Assembly (NCBI GenBank): GCA_973895155.1
Contig: OZ316893.1
Location: forward strand, 4,446,490 to 4,510,489
Source of the DNA: Marsupella aquatica
Taxonomy: Eukaryota > Plantae > Marchantiophyta
Direction of reading: 5' to 3'
Length of the DNA stretch: 64,000 bases
Shown piece after piece: positions 12,413 through 26,229 of the stretch. Every line of letters starts with the position of its first letter. Positions within the stretch are counted from its first letter, which is position 1. The notes beneath the pieces are model-generated. The model was given only the letters and a program-made list of their open reading frames with translations, did no database searches and was not told the DNA's origin. A program made the translations under genes and the position numbers.

Positions 12413-13609
12413 TGTGCAGCTCAGAGCTCAGAGCTTTGAGCCCGAGTTCTCGTTTGACCTCTTCAGTTTAGTGTCAATTTGAATCACAGCACACACATAC
12501 CAGGCTGGATGGTGTATGCATGTTTCATCGATTCTGCTTGAAGGCACTTACAGTAGATATAAAGGGAAAACGTCTTCTGCTATGTTTTCTGCACACAGGT
12601 GTCTGTTAATGCAGTACAGATAGCCTTTCTTATTGCCTCTTATTACATTCCAGCATGCCTTCTGCTTATCGAACCCAAACTGCAACTATGATCTCGTCTG
12701 GGTATGTTACCTCCGGGTATGAAGTCATTTCAGTTTCCATGTGGATAGCAAGGTTCAGCCTCTCGTCCCACATGCGTTCAATAACATATTTTGGGTCCAG
12801 TTCTCAGATGAGAACCAGTACTGCAAAGTCAGGGATGGCACATTTTCCCGACTCCCGCTTAGATGCCACGTGAAGAGTGGACAGATTTGCACATTTTTTA
12901 CAAGGTCTAACTCTCCTCCAATTGAGTTTATTCCATCAGCAAACTTGTCTACAGTCCATTCTTGTTATGGAAACTTCTACAGAACGTTTTCACCTTGCCG
13001 TTCACTCCGTCCATGGTGCAAAATGCTGGACCAATAATGCATTCACTGAAAGGTTTGGGCTTCTTTTGCGCTAGAGTAGCACCATACGAGTTGACCGACA
13101 TGCACAAACTCTGATGAGGTGGAATGCCTTGTGTTCTCTCGCAAATATCACCTGATCGTACCGAAGTACAAGTAGATTGCAACCTCGTCGTCACCACTCC
13201 CCACTGTAACTCGGATCCTATGCAAATATAAGTGACACTAATACTTAGACATCAGTGGACTGCAAGCGATATTTACGCAGTTCCACGCAGTGCTCTTTAG
13301 TCTTTCAAGATCCACAAATTCGGAGACAAAGCCAGACATCTACGTGACTGTCCTCTGCTCCACTCAAATTGCTCATCGCCATTTCATAATATTTGGCGTC
13401 AGGTTCCACAGTCGCTACCAGTTCAACCTAATTTGCTACCTAGAAAACCACTTGTTCCGAATAAATCGAGTTCGGATAAAAAAACATTCAGTAAGCAACG
13501 GAAACTCGGATCTACAATATCTTACTCATGTACGATCCAATTCCACATTCTGTGTTCCTGCTCATTAATCATCCTACAAAACTGCCCTCTATCACCCGTT
13601 CACACAGTT

Positions 13610-15317
13610 TCAAGGAAGCCTTGTTGGATCCCATCCAACCACCAAATACTCGTCGAAAGAATTGAGTTTCTTCACGTCATCCTCAGTGATTTCAAAGTCA
13701 AAGACCTGAAAAAGCAATCATAATAAGTTTCTTTATGTAGAGGTAACATAATATCTCTACACGTCCAAATTTGAGGAACCAGCAGCGGCACTTAATCAAC
13801 GAGCACTTATTTCTACTCTGCTCTGTAAGTCTTCTGTCTTTACCAAAAGGCATCTACATCGCTAATCCGGGGTCAGAAATATGACATCATATTAAATTCG
13901 CATTGTCTGTGCGAGAAATTAGATTTATTAGCGAAACGTAACTTCTGACATAAGAGGACGGACACACAACTTCAAACTAAATATCGGAAATACGGGATGG
14001 ACAAACCTGCGCGTTTTCAACTATCCTCTCGTGTGTAGCAGACTTTGGAAGTACCACAAAACCTCGTTGCAAGCACCATTTGATGAGGATTTGTGCTGCA
14101 GATTTGTTGTACTTCTTCGCAATCTGCGAACGACAAAGAAAGAAATTATCACTTCAGATACCACCTAGAGCTATCAGAAATCACGAATGACCCCAAGATC
14201 TAAACCTCTACTTGCCCCATAATCCAATTTTCAGAAAATTCCAAGTAAACCAAATCCAACAAACCCCACAATTTCACTGAGAAACTACCAGTCCACAATT
14301 GAGGATGAAGTTCAGGTTCACATTCTGTGCCTCTGAGAAAGGAACAGACAGGAGATGATTATACCTCTAGTAGCCCTTGATGACGAAGTCTTGTCCCCCT
14401 GGTCAGAGGAGAATATGCTTCCAGCACAATATCTTCCTTTTCACAGAACTCGACCAACTGATTCCGAGTATTGAATGGGTGCAACTCCAGCTGTAATAAA
14501 GTCAAACAAAGCAACGCGAAATGAATTTCTTTATGTTAGAAAACCAGAAAATGCATCGTTCGAACGAGCAGTCTGGCTCTGAAGACCTGAAAGATACCAG
14601 CGCCGGTACATGCAGAGAGAAATATGATTTAACTGAGCTCCCGTGAACAACCTGATAGGAAGCGTTCAAAATGGTCACCTGATTGATAGAAGGGCGAATT
14701 TCGCAGTTGGCCAAAAGCTCCTTCAAATGCCTGACCCCGTAATTGCTAACTCCAATTGATTTCACTTTCCCGCTTTTCAGAATCTGCTCCATCGCCCTCC
14801 ATGTGTTCAACCGTTGCTTTATAGGAGAAGGGGAATGAATCAAGTAGAGGTCAATATAATCGAGGCCAAGCTCTTTCAAGCTGCGGTCGAAGGCACGAAG
14901 CGCATTTTGGTATCCGTGATCTGAATTCCACAGCTTTGTGGTGACGAAAATCTCCTCTCGCGGAATCCCACTCTCCCTCACAGCCTGACCTGTGATCACA
15001 AAAACCCAAAACCCAAATCAAATCCAAACATCCACAACGAATTTACTCTTTGTCAGCGTCTCTCCAAGACAATTTAAACCAATTCGAGAGTCCAAAGTCG
15101 GCTGCAATGAGATCAAGTGTCACCAACCGACTTCGGATTCGTTGCCGTAAAGATGAGCCGTATCGATATGGCGGTAGCCAGTCTTCAGGGCCACAGCTAC
15201 ACACTTCAAAGCCTCTCGAGGAGGCACTTGGTACACCCCCAGCCCCAAAGCCGGGATTTGGACGGGCTTTCCACCGTATCCAACATTCACCAATTTGATC
15301 AAGTGACCCCCACTCAT
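13610..15317 (-). CDS. Aldo-keto reductase (AKR5-like, glyoxal / 2,5-DKG reductase type), 279 aa
   Basis: Exons 15317-15128, 14989-14679, 14490-14365, 14123-14007, 13705-13610 (840 nt). Motifs [65 protein letters not shown]; catalytic D/Y/K/H present. Confidence 0.93.
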
Positions 15318-17276
15318 TGTTCCTATCCCCTCTCTGACCCAACAGAGCCTTTCCCAATTCACCGATTCCAATTCCAATTCAATTCGCCTACACGAGTAGG
15401 TTCCGAAGTCGTCTTCTGTTTCCTTCCTTACTTGGTCGAACTCTAGCTGGAAGCTGAATACTAAATTTCCCCGAATTCCCCGATTTCTCAATTAAATCAC
15501 CTCAACTCTCCGGATGTACTCGGTTGCTCTATTGCCACGCTAGCATCATCGAGGCTCCTCTCGAAACTGTGAAGTGTATAGACCCTCACAGGTGTCGATC
15601 CCGGACACTCTCTGCTAAACTGCCTCTAGAACAGAGGGACTGTAACTAACCAAATTGAGGGGAGCTAGGTGTACATCCGGAGAGAGGAGGACGAGAGCTA
15701 GACGATAAGAGAGCATGATCGAAGAAAACGTGGGCCCGCCGAGACAGAGTAGGTGCCGGTCCTGGACTGGAACGACCCAAGGAGTAATTCTCCTTATGAC
15801 AGGCAGGTCCAAGGCATGCACCTAATTTTCGTGCCGAAAGGACAAAAGGGTCTACCCTTGAGGAAAAAGGCTCTTTCCGAATGTAAGGCCGCTCACCGCA
15901 ACAGAACGATAAATGTCCCCACATTATTTTCCTCTCGAGGGTGCATGCACTTGCCAGACAGGCTCTAGATTCGTTTATCTGTTCTGCTACATTCCGGCGA
16001 CCGAAATCCCGTGGCAGACAAAAAGGTTTTGCCCCGGGACAGTACTGGCAATAGATTAGGGGAGTCTCAGCGCCAAACACTACAAAAAAATATGTTGGCA
16101 TGTGTTGCTATTGCTCGCATGTCTTTCCAAATTGCTCTACTGGCCATCTGGACTTCGCTAGACCAGTTGGTCAGGGACACTCCTTCATTCCTGGATGCGG
16201 GCATCAATGCAATACGGTATGCAGAAACAGAATCCTCCTACTGCGGTTTGTGCAGTTGTTAGGTGGTGAGAAATATTCTTCTTGCTGGCAACTTCTGGAA
16301 GTCTAGATTGCCAGCGAGAGTGATTGATTGTACATCATCACTTTTATCTCCCTTTTCAACACCTCCAGGGCTTAGCAGCTTGGGGCCGCCATCAGAGGCA
16401 TTTAAAGACGTTTGAGACCCAGGAAATAGCATCACCTTCTCACCGGTACTCCTTGTTGTCTACCTCCATTTCTTAACCCAGGTTGAAACTGCATGCTGTT
16501 TGTTTTGCACACATATCCCACCCATTTTCCTCCAGTGCCTATTGTACAAAAAGCGAAAAGGGCCTGAACAAATGGTGGACATTCTTTACGGACCCCACTA
16601 GAAGTCCCTTCCAAAATTCAAGACTCCACAGCGCACCACGTCATCATGGCGTACTGCAAAGAGGAACGGATTGGTTTCCACAATGAAACTACACCACCTT
16701 TCGTGTTTGCTGCAATTTTTTGGCAAAATTGAGGATGTCATGCCGTAAAACATGACATAAATTTATTTCAAAAATAGCCATTTTATTTACCCTGAGTAAC
16801 TGACTGTTCAATTAGTAGTAGGCCCACACTCAGTTTTATTTACCTCGAGTAACCAACTGCCCACCCTCTTTCTGAATTGTGGTTCAATTCCGTAAGTAAT
16901 TAAATCCCTCTCCGCAAGCTCTGCAACTTGAGCACTGATGACAAAGTAATCAATAACGGGATAGAGCCAAACTCCGGATGTTTACCGGCATACTCGTACG
17001 CAGGCATTCCAAGATTTTGTATCGTATTGGAACTTTTTTGCAGCTTTTGAATGACTTTCGTCTCTTCTTTGTTCGGAATCCAATGGTGAAAGGGCAAAAA
17101 TTGAACTGCGGACCCCAATGTTGAAGAAGCGCTCTAGCTAGATATCTTAAGCACATGAGATGTAGAGCGCAATTACAACTTTGCCGATAATGTCCAGCGG
17201 AGATAGTGGGAACAACTAATCCGTGAACAGGTTTGGATTAGCTTGTCTGCTTAAAGTTCCATTTGCAATATGGATT

Positions 17277-18778
17277 AGTGGTGGACCTTGCCACCCATCG
17301 CCCTCAACAATCCCAACACCCACGCCTAAGTGCCCCTAGTGCCCAAATGCCTCCACGGAATACCTCGAGCAAGCAGCCTAGTGCCCCTTGCACCACCAAC
17401 GGCCCCTCCCATACAAAGCCGCACTTGCTCTCCAACACGACTGCTACTCAACAGTCCTCACTGTATGCACAAGCAACCAATCATCTCGGTAAGTAACCCT
17501 TCAGGATCTAGATCTCCCCAAGTCTAGCATTCTAACTCAAACTCAACAAACATTGGTAAGTACTAAGTCTGCCATAGGTCCTCCCGATGCCATAAGTCGA
17601 AACCAGAACCAACGCCCATTGTTTGTCCAGAATAGCTCCTTCCTTGGGTGCGGCCCAGGTTCCCCCTCGTACCTGTCCATCACCAACTGACCTCCCTGCC
17701 CCCAAGACATACTCATGGCCCAAATAGCGTAGCTTGTCCTAAGCTTGTCCCAACACGTCGGGACCAGAACGGCCTCGACCCCGGCCCCGACTTTAGCAAC
17801 CAACTCCTGGTTCTTGCCCTGCTGATGGTCTAGGGGCCAAGTGCCCTTGGAACTCAACCTCCATGCCTACTTGGTCTTGCCTCCCCAACACAAGCTCCCT
17901 TGAGAGACTGAATGTGGCTTGGCTGCTGTTTCGGCAGGATTTGGCAAGCGAGCGAGCTAACACCCGCAAACCTCAAGAACCTATGGTGACCCCAGACCCA
18001 GCTAAGCTCAAGAGGATGTATTTCTCCTCGAGAGCTTTCCAACACACCCAAGAAGTTCTCCAATGGACTTCCCGTTGGGAAGTTATCATCGTTTTTGTTT
18101 GGCATTTTCCCTTAGTGTTGCGACCGCTGCGGCTCATGACTTCAGCTCACCCTTAGCCCCCAGGGAGACACCACTCCCCTCATATATGCTTATGGAGACC
18201 TACCACCCCTGGACCAACTTTGGTCCTCAGACTTTTGGTCCACAACCCGGATCCTATCCCGCCTATATGGGTGCGCCACCAACTGGCAATGCCCATAACT
18301 TCTTAGTTAGGCATCCGCAAGCAAAGTTCCTTGCCCATTGTGATTGGTCCGACCCAGCTCTCATGCTTAGGCCCTTAGATCTCATTGTCGCTCGGGGCCT
18401 CTGATCGACCAAACCTGGATCGGGCCATAACTTGCGCCCCAAGCGTCCGTTGCCCATGGCGTCAACTCCATTGGCCTTGGGCCCAAGAGGAGCTCTCACT
18501 CAAACCCTCAGAACTCAAAGTCCGTCAAGGGGTCCGAACGGTCGACCTTGAGCCCGGCCCCTTTCCCCTTGACCTGACCAGCTCTCAGCTAGTCTAAGTC
18601 CTTAGTGTGTGTCACCAACTTGGCGTCTTGCCTTTGCTAAGGCCACGTCTCATTGCTCACAAGTCTCCCCATGCTAAGTCCTCCCCAGATGGCCTATTCG
18701 GGCCTGGACCATAAGGGAGCTCGATGTTGGAGTCAGCGACGCCAAAGCTAAGTGTTAAGGTAGTCAAGTTTCGCGACT
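17277..18778. mobile_element. 1.5-kb interspersed repeat, copy 1 (solo-LTR-like or non-autonomous element)
   Basis: Colinear with 35819-37310 over its whole length, with sharp shared boundaries AGTGGTGGACC...CGCGACT; no recognisable ORF. Confidence 0.85.
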
Positions 18779-19221
18779 AGTCAGATTCAATCGGCGACTA
18801 AGATGTCTTTATAAGTGTAAGTGAAGTTACACTTCTCTGCTACAAAACTTGGTCTAATTCAAGAAAATTCATATACTTGCAGTTCGATATTCCAAGCAAT
18901 TAAGTTGTCTAGCAATTGCCTACGTCAAGTCGATCTGCAGAAATTGGGTAGTTTGGATGTGCTCGGTGATGCGAGTCAATGTTAATCTCATGACTAAGAT
19001 CCAATGATTGAGATTGAGGTAGAATCATTGTGGGACTGAGACAGTGCACAAAATTTTGAAGATCCATCGACAACATTTAGAGATCAAGGCTCAAGCGATG
19101 GGCACTGGGCAACCTAGTGGACCGACTAGTGATTTTGGGCACCAGTTGCATGAACAGCGATACCTAATGGAACAATAGTGCTAGCATCCTAATTTTGGAG
19201 GTCCTACTTGCTGGCAAACAG

Positions 19222-19395
19222 ATTAACAATGCAGGAATTGATAACGTAGAAGTTAACTTTGAGAATGCAACAACCGTTTTGGAGACAAACTTCTTTGGAG
19301 TCAAAAGACTGAAAGAGAAATTGAAGCCTCTATTTAGACCATCACCATTTGGAGCACGTATTGTGATGGTTAGCTCACAAGTGGGATCACTTAAG
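19222..19395 (+). pseudogene. Orphan exon of a carbonyl-reductase-type short-chain dehydrogenase (SDR)
   Basis: cag|INNAGI...TVLETNFFGVKRL..LKPLFRPSPFGARIVMVSSQVGSLK|gtaac; I found no other SDR exons nearby. Confidence 0.75.
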
Positions 19396-21939
19396 GTAAC
19401 ATAATGTGGACAAACATTTCTTTCAGCATTTGTCTCTACTATACTGCATCACTATACTTCCCGGGCAAGGATCGAGATGGGAGGAGCGAGGTGGGAAAGG
19501 AAAGGTTCGCAAGTCCAACTTGACATTGGAAATGAATCCGGCGCCTTTCGCTGAAGCTCAATCAATTCTTGAGGCCATTCTGCCATGTGGAGATAGACTA
19601 CAGCACAACTTTGCTTTGCAAAACTTATGAAATTAGATGTCTTACAAACTGGCAGAACCTCTCTCGAAGAACAAGATGTTATGTATCAATCAATTACCTT
19701 TTCTCAGATTTGTATGGACACGCTTGATTGACCCACTTGAGAGCAATGGACATACATTTATGGAAATGGTTGTGCAGGACTCAAAGGCTCGCCCATAACG
19801 CAAGACAATGTTGTTTAAAGTTTGCATAGATGAGCGGGGTGACTCCACCTAAAATCTTGCCATAGCTCTCGCCATTATTCAGCGTCACACATTGTATAAC
19901 ACATTTATCTACATCACACATTGTCCAACACATATCTCCCTACTTTTCCATCTCAATCAAAACAGATGGGGGTCCACGAACTAATTTTACAATATCTTTT
20001 TCATGACTGTTAGATTTACCATATACACACCCTGCAGGCTTGCCCTCCTTCCCCACAGTGCCACCCAATCACCCTCCCTCTCTGCCTTGCAATGACCCTC
20101 CCACGTGCAATGGAGGGTTGTAGCCCTCACCTCCCATTGGATGTTTCTGTGTATATGGGTTTACCATATACACACCTTGCATGCTTGCCCTCCTTCCCTG
20201 CAGTGCCGTTCCCTCACCCTCCCCATGGGCATGCCCTCCTGCATTGGGGAGGGGAGGAGAGGAAGGGAAATGAGAGGAGGAACTCAAGGGGAAAAGGGAA
20301 CAAGTGAGGGCAAAATAAGATGAAAAACCTACTCCCTCTCCATATGTGACAGGTTACCCGTCTCACAATTACTTGTTACCCATTAAAATGCCGCGGGTGT
20401 AAGTCATAGAACTCACCACGTGTCATTGTGTGAAGTAGTTGCTGTTTTACCGTTAAGGAGCTTCATGTCTTTTCAAATGTCTCGGATCTCCATGGGGACT
20501 TTAGCTCTAAAGGATATTCTCTCTCACTCCTGCGGAATGGATCAGAGAACATTTTTAAGTTTGTCTGTCATTTTCCTTCAGAAGGCAGAAAATAAGTATC
20601 TGTACACATGTTTACTTCTCAATCCATTGATGTGTTCAAGTTTCTTTTCCTTTTGTTCGCTCTATTGAGATTGATCACAGGTTTTGGGCCAAGAAACACC
20701 TTGCTTGTTTTTAAGCTTGCACATTGTCACATTCTAGTTAATTTTTTCTTTGCAAAGTGTGATAGCATTGCATGCTTGGACCCTGCAATGCTTCACTTGT
20801 CTTGCACCCTACGGTTCTGTTTCCCTTGCAACAACATCCAGCCATCCAAAAAGTGGACACTTCCATAACCACAACTTACATGACTGCACATACAATATGG
20901 TCCGAACAACATGAACACTTTTATAACAGCCACTCTGCCACAATGACAACCCAGGCAATTGAAACTACAATTGACTTCCACAACCACAACATGGCTGGAG
21001 TGACCACTCACCCACAACAAGACAGACGTCACAATGATAATTGTGCAATACACAGGCAATTATGGGTTCGAAGTTCATCTTGCTTCCATGACACTTGGTT
21101 TCCTTCCCTAAACAACCCTTCCACGCCTCAATGACATCCTTGCCGCACAGATGCACCCTTGCAACGATGACACATATTACGTCTCAGCAACTTCCTTACC
21201 TCCACAATATCTCGGTCCTTGCCTCTCTTGCTTTTCTTTGTTTCAACTTGAATTTTTTTGTGCAACGCAAATGGATTGGGTTCCTTTCTTCGATCATAAC
21301 GATACCACTTTGAGCATGATCGTGCTTTCTGTTTGTTCAAGTTTGTAGTGGTCAAAGCTAGGAGTGGGAGTTGGACCCATGGTGGTCAAATAAAGGAGCT
21401 GTAGGCTTGGGGTGCATACTTACAATGGGACTTACAAAACCCTGCCACAGGAACAGGAACTGTGTGGGAGTAAATACAGGCATCTTTGAGTAATATTTGC
21501 AAATGGTTTTAAAAGTGTAAGATGCAAAGGTAAGTAGTATCCACTCTAATAATAAGAATCAAGAACTATAATACAATGTTCCCCCTTTTTATGCAGTGGT
21601 AGTCTTTTGCATTTGAAAGGCCCCAAAAGTAAAGAATCTGACCAAAGAGAAGGAATAAACCAAGATAGAATTACATTTAGTGCAAAGGAAAGAATGACAC
21701 GTTTTCCAAGCAATAAATAATGGGGCTGCCAATACACTATAATCAAGTAGTTTTGGGACCATCTATGCATAGGAAGCCATTTGTGCATAGAAAATTCTCC
21801 TCCCTCTACCATCCATGCCCATACATTCATATCCAGTACCCCCATGAAAATTTATGTCATATGAGGAGCTTAATTGATTACAAATATTACATAATGTAAT
21901 AGAAAACCATCAAACCAAAATGTAGTGAAAAAGAGGGAA

Positions 21940-21966
21940 GGGGGGGGGGGGGGGGGGGGGGGGGGG
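21940..21966 (+). repeat. Poly-G run (G27)
   Basis: Directly visible homopolymer. Confidence 0.95.
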
Positions 21967-22094
21967 AGGGAAGCCAGGCCGTTTTAGGTTTAAAAGGAAT
22001 TAAAAAATAAAACAAAAAACAATGAAAAAAGTCATTTTTACTGGTGGTACTCTGTGGTTCTTGCGGGGGTTCTTGTCGGGCATTTTTGCGCCAT

Positions 22095-22640
22095 TATATC
22101 TTTTACCAGATAACATTTTTGGTTGCAATAAGATCTTTTTAACAAAAAAATATTTTACACCATGATATTTTTCTCAACATCTTTAGTATAAAGTCATCTA
22201 TTAACTACGGATTGACATCTTTTGCCAGACAATATCTTTTATTACTTAGACATGTTTTGCGCAATGATATCTTTTACTTAGCAACATCTTTTGAGCAACA
22301 AGTGAACATATTTCATTTATTGACATTTTTTGCACAACATCTTTTACTTAACAAAATTTAATGCAACGACATAGTTTACTTCACAATATCTTTGACATAA
22401 CAACATCTTTGGCATCACGATATATGTTTTACTTGACGACATCTTTGACATTATAATAACATCATTTTACTTGACGATATCTTGGACATAATGTTCAACA
22501 TTATTGGCATCACGATATCTTTTTACTTTACAACATCTTTGGTGGCATGATTGTTGTTTGCTTGACATCTTTAACATAACGACATTGTCTTACTTGACTA
22601 CATCTTTTACATAACAACATTTTTTGGCGACACACCTTTT
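22095..22640 (-). repeat. Degenerate minisatellite (core gacatcttt), reverse-orientation relative of the 5910-6180 array
   Basis: Many imperfect units of the form catcttttacttgac / catctttgacataac. Confidence 0.65.
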
Positions 22641-24075
22641 TTTCTCAACACCATCCAGGTATTGAGCTAGTATTTGTAGTGGTCTATTTTAGCTACAAAG
22701 TTACCATAGCCTAGCTCCACTATGACCTCAGCCTAGCTCCACTATTACCATACCCTGTACAGTTTCACTATGACCTCACCTTTCTCACTCTCACAGCCTC
22801 TGCACACATACTGAATGTTCAATTGTGAGCACACATATATATGCTCCTCTTGGGTATACCCCATCCCATGGTCTATGGGAACCTAGAACTCAAACAAGTG
22901 CTAGCCTAGTTTGCTAAAGAGTAACTAGCACTATTGAAAGTAAATAGGTTATACTAGAGGCATAACCTAACATGCGTCTTGGTAATTTCTATTGCATGCA
23001 TCTTTGTAATTTCTATTGCATGTTCCCTAGGTTGCTGGATTGACTATACAATTCATGGAAAAAAAACCTACCACAGTTCCCTTACTTCTAGACCCAATCC
23101 ATTGCGCCAATAACCATAGTATATTTCAATAACAAGAGAATGGGGGTTTCACATCCATAAATTGGCACATCATGTGCGATGATTCATAGGGTCATTATAT
23201 CAGTTCTAAGGGACAACTTAAAAATTTTCTCTGAATAACATCCATGTCCTTTTATTCAATTTTGAGACTAGCTTATGAGAACATTAGGGTCTTTTGAGTC
23301 AATATTTTGGAATAATTTATATATTTAATTGAAAAAATAATAAGGGCAAGGCATAAAAATGTTGCAGGTGATGGGGAGGCCTCTATATAATGAAACCCCC
23401 AAGATGAGAGGCTAATCCTAAACTAAAGCTCAATAAAAGCTTAACAAAAGCTCTTGCAAAAGCTGAAATTAATGAGTGGGTAGAGCTAAAAAATTCAACT
23501 AAACTGAAACTTCCAACCCCATGGTTTTTGTCCCCTCCTTTGCCCACCCTGACCTCACACTAGTTTTCTTAATTTGTGTCCCAATCATATTTCCATTTTT
23601 GGTTTTTGTTTCCCTTCAACCTCTTTCATCTGATTGGTTTGATGAGGGTTATCCATTTTTTCTCAGATCTATTAAGTAAGTATGTCTCCAAGGTAAGCTG
23701 CGGCAACAAATAATGTCTCAGCCCCAAATGGACTTGAGACCACAAAATTATGACTAAAAAACTCTTTTGATGCATCTTAGGATGGGTGTACCCTAACAGC
23801 ACAAACAAAAATAATGAAAACCCAAAATGAACAAAAACAAAATCATGAAAACCCTACAGGAATAACTGATTAATTTAAAGCACCGTCACCCTAAATCTAA
23901 GAAATATGATATGTACCTTTTATTGTGATTGTTGTGCATGGACGCCCACCATCCTCTTTGTTAGCCAATGATTGATTGAATGTGTCAATCAATCAGATTT
24001 AAGTGCTAGAGTTAGTAACTATGTAACTTGTGTACGGAATGCAGGGTACTGGTGTGGAGGTATGCTATTTGCATA

Positions 24076-24303
24076 ATCTCTTGGTTAGAGGTAACCTTGT
24101 TTAGGACGGTAAGTATGTACTACAGTGAAATTAAGGGCAAGGGTTCTAGCCTGAACTTTGCTCCAAGAAAGCTCATAAAAGTTTCCAGGATCTCTTGTTT
24201 AGAGGTAACCTTGTTTTGGACAGTAACTATGTACTACAGTGAAGTTATGGGCAAGGGTTCTAGCCTGAACTTTGCTCCAAGAAAGCTCATAAAAGCTTCC
24301 AGG
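24076..24303. repeat. Tandem duplication, 2 x 114 bp
   Basis: Units 24076-24189 and 24190-24303 are nearly identical. Confidence 0.92.
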
Positions 24304-26229
24304 ATGCCGCCAATCAAGTTTTCTTCATGTTCTGGTCACCAAGTTGCAGGCTATAACCCGAGACCAGACCAGCATTATACTTACATGATGTGTTGTACTA
24401 ATTTTTTGATTACCATTCAGATTAGAATGATGGTTGGTATGGTTTCAAGGGCATTGCTGGCTTACAACGCATGGAGGTTTAAACCAAGTTTTTAGAGGGC
24501 TATTATTGGGGTGGTTTTTAGCGTTTAGTCATCATTTGGGGTGTGTGTGGCCCTCTGTGTGGTTTGTTGTCTGCCTCGCTGGTCTTCGCCCCGGTGGCTT
24601 TTCTAAGAAACACATTTTTTCAAAAACTTAAAGTTAAAAGAAAAAAAGAAAAAAGAAAAAGGGGGCTATTATTGCCCATATTGCCCTGGTAACAAGGAAC
24701 CAAAGCACTTCAATCCTCAAGTTTTTGCTGGCTACAATGCCTAGGGCTCAAACCAAGTTTTGAGGGGCTACTATTAGCCCCAGGTAACAAGGGAGCTGAA
24801 CACTTAAATCCTGGAGGGTTTTCCACTCTTATTAATTTTGATTCGTTTCCTCCTTTCTTCACAATTCCAGACAGATCTCATGCAACTTTCTCTACGAAAA
24901 GATTCAAGTAAAAGACAAATAGCCAAATGCCCTTCACACTAAAGCATTATTTCCATAACGTACAAAAAAGGTACGTCACCCTCCCCGCAGTTACCGTCAC
25001 CTTTCCCGGCCGTCGTTCGCCGACTTCCAAGGCGACGATGCCGTTGTCCGACAGTATAGTTCTGTCCTGAGAAGACGTTCTCAACTAACCGCAGTTTCAA
25101 CCCAAACTTCACCGCTCGACCGTCCGAGCAACCAACCGCAATCAAGGCACGACGGAGAACTCCCTACAGTACCTTACAGTATGCAAGCACAAAGTACCCT
25201 AAATCAGAGCTAATTACAAGTAATCCTCACGAACTGGCACGTTCCCGGTACACTGTAATGCGGACCAAATTACAGGTCATGCCAGTAAAAATACCGTTCC
25301 AGCATCATTGCGTTGCATACCAGTATTACAGCTCCGGTGCATTACTCCGCTACCTACTGTATTACAGCTGCGTACTATGTCAAGCTTGCTCTTGCCGTCT
25401 CCTGGCTCTCCGCTCTGCTTTTTGTCTTCTTTCTTTGACTCTTTGGTAGTTTGGTCTTTGGTCGCTTTGATCCTTCGTGGTACGTTGGAAAGCTGCACAA
25501 GTTGCACAGTATAACAGTCGCAGTACGTCGTTTGTTCTCGTGCGACGATGGGCCGGAGGTAACAGAAGGAGGCCCGCGAGAGAGAGAAAGACAGAGCACG
25601 TGAGCTGTTTGCTGCCCTCAGCTTCGCGCCTCGAGTTTCAGTCCAGTTCTGTGGCTTTTTTGTTGTTAGTCTGTTGGGTATGCTCTCTGCATTTTTCCTC
25701 CGCGGCGACCGCAGTGCACTCCCGTCGTTTCCGCAGCTTTGAAGGGGGCAGCGGGCGAGGTGGGGATGGGAGGAGGGGTTGTCACTCTGTCTCTGAGTTT
25801 GTGAGGGAGGTGCACATGTCGTCGTTGTCCGAGGGAGTGCGGAGGGCTCCTCTGTGGTTGCTACGTTCAGGTTTACTTCCGCGTGTTTTAGTTTTTTGGA
25901 GCAAGAAATTGGGAGGAGGGGCGGGAAGAATATTGATTAATGGACGAGGATGTGGAGTTGGAACTGGAAGGAGCGATTGTCTTGGGATGGTGAAATGACG
26001 ATGCAATGGACCTGATACTAGGGATTTGAATGTTATGGTGCTGACGCTAGAGGAGACTGGGGAAGCGATTGTTGCATCGTTGAATATAAAAAATGAATGA
26101 GAGAATGAGCGGATGAATGAATGGCTTACAGTTACTGCCTAACCTGGCCAGAGCCTCGTCTAGAACATATGAGGATGAGGAAATAGGGTGACGCTGATGC
26201 TGGGGCAGGACGAAGGAGGTTGATCAGAT

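Noticed and set aside
12741-13037. GH18 chitinase-like FWVQF motif
   Set aside because: Single short resemblance with no DxxDxDxE motif or gene structure.
24028-24495. 155-aa ORF with internal repeat
   Set aside because: By-product of the 114-bp (3n) tandem duplication; TTG start and no recognisable domain.
25477-25998. 173-aa ORF upstream of AN
   Set aside because: GTG start in a GC-rich probable 5' leader; no protein-like motifs.
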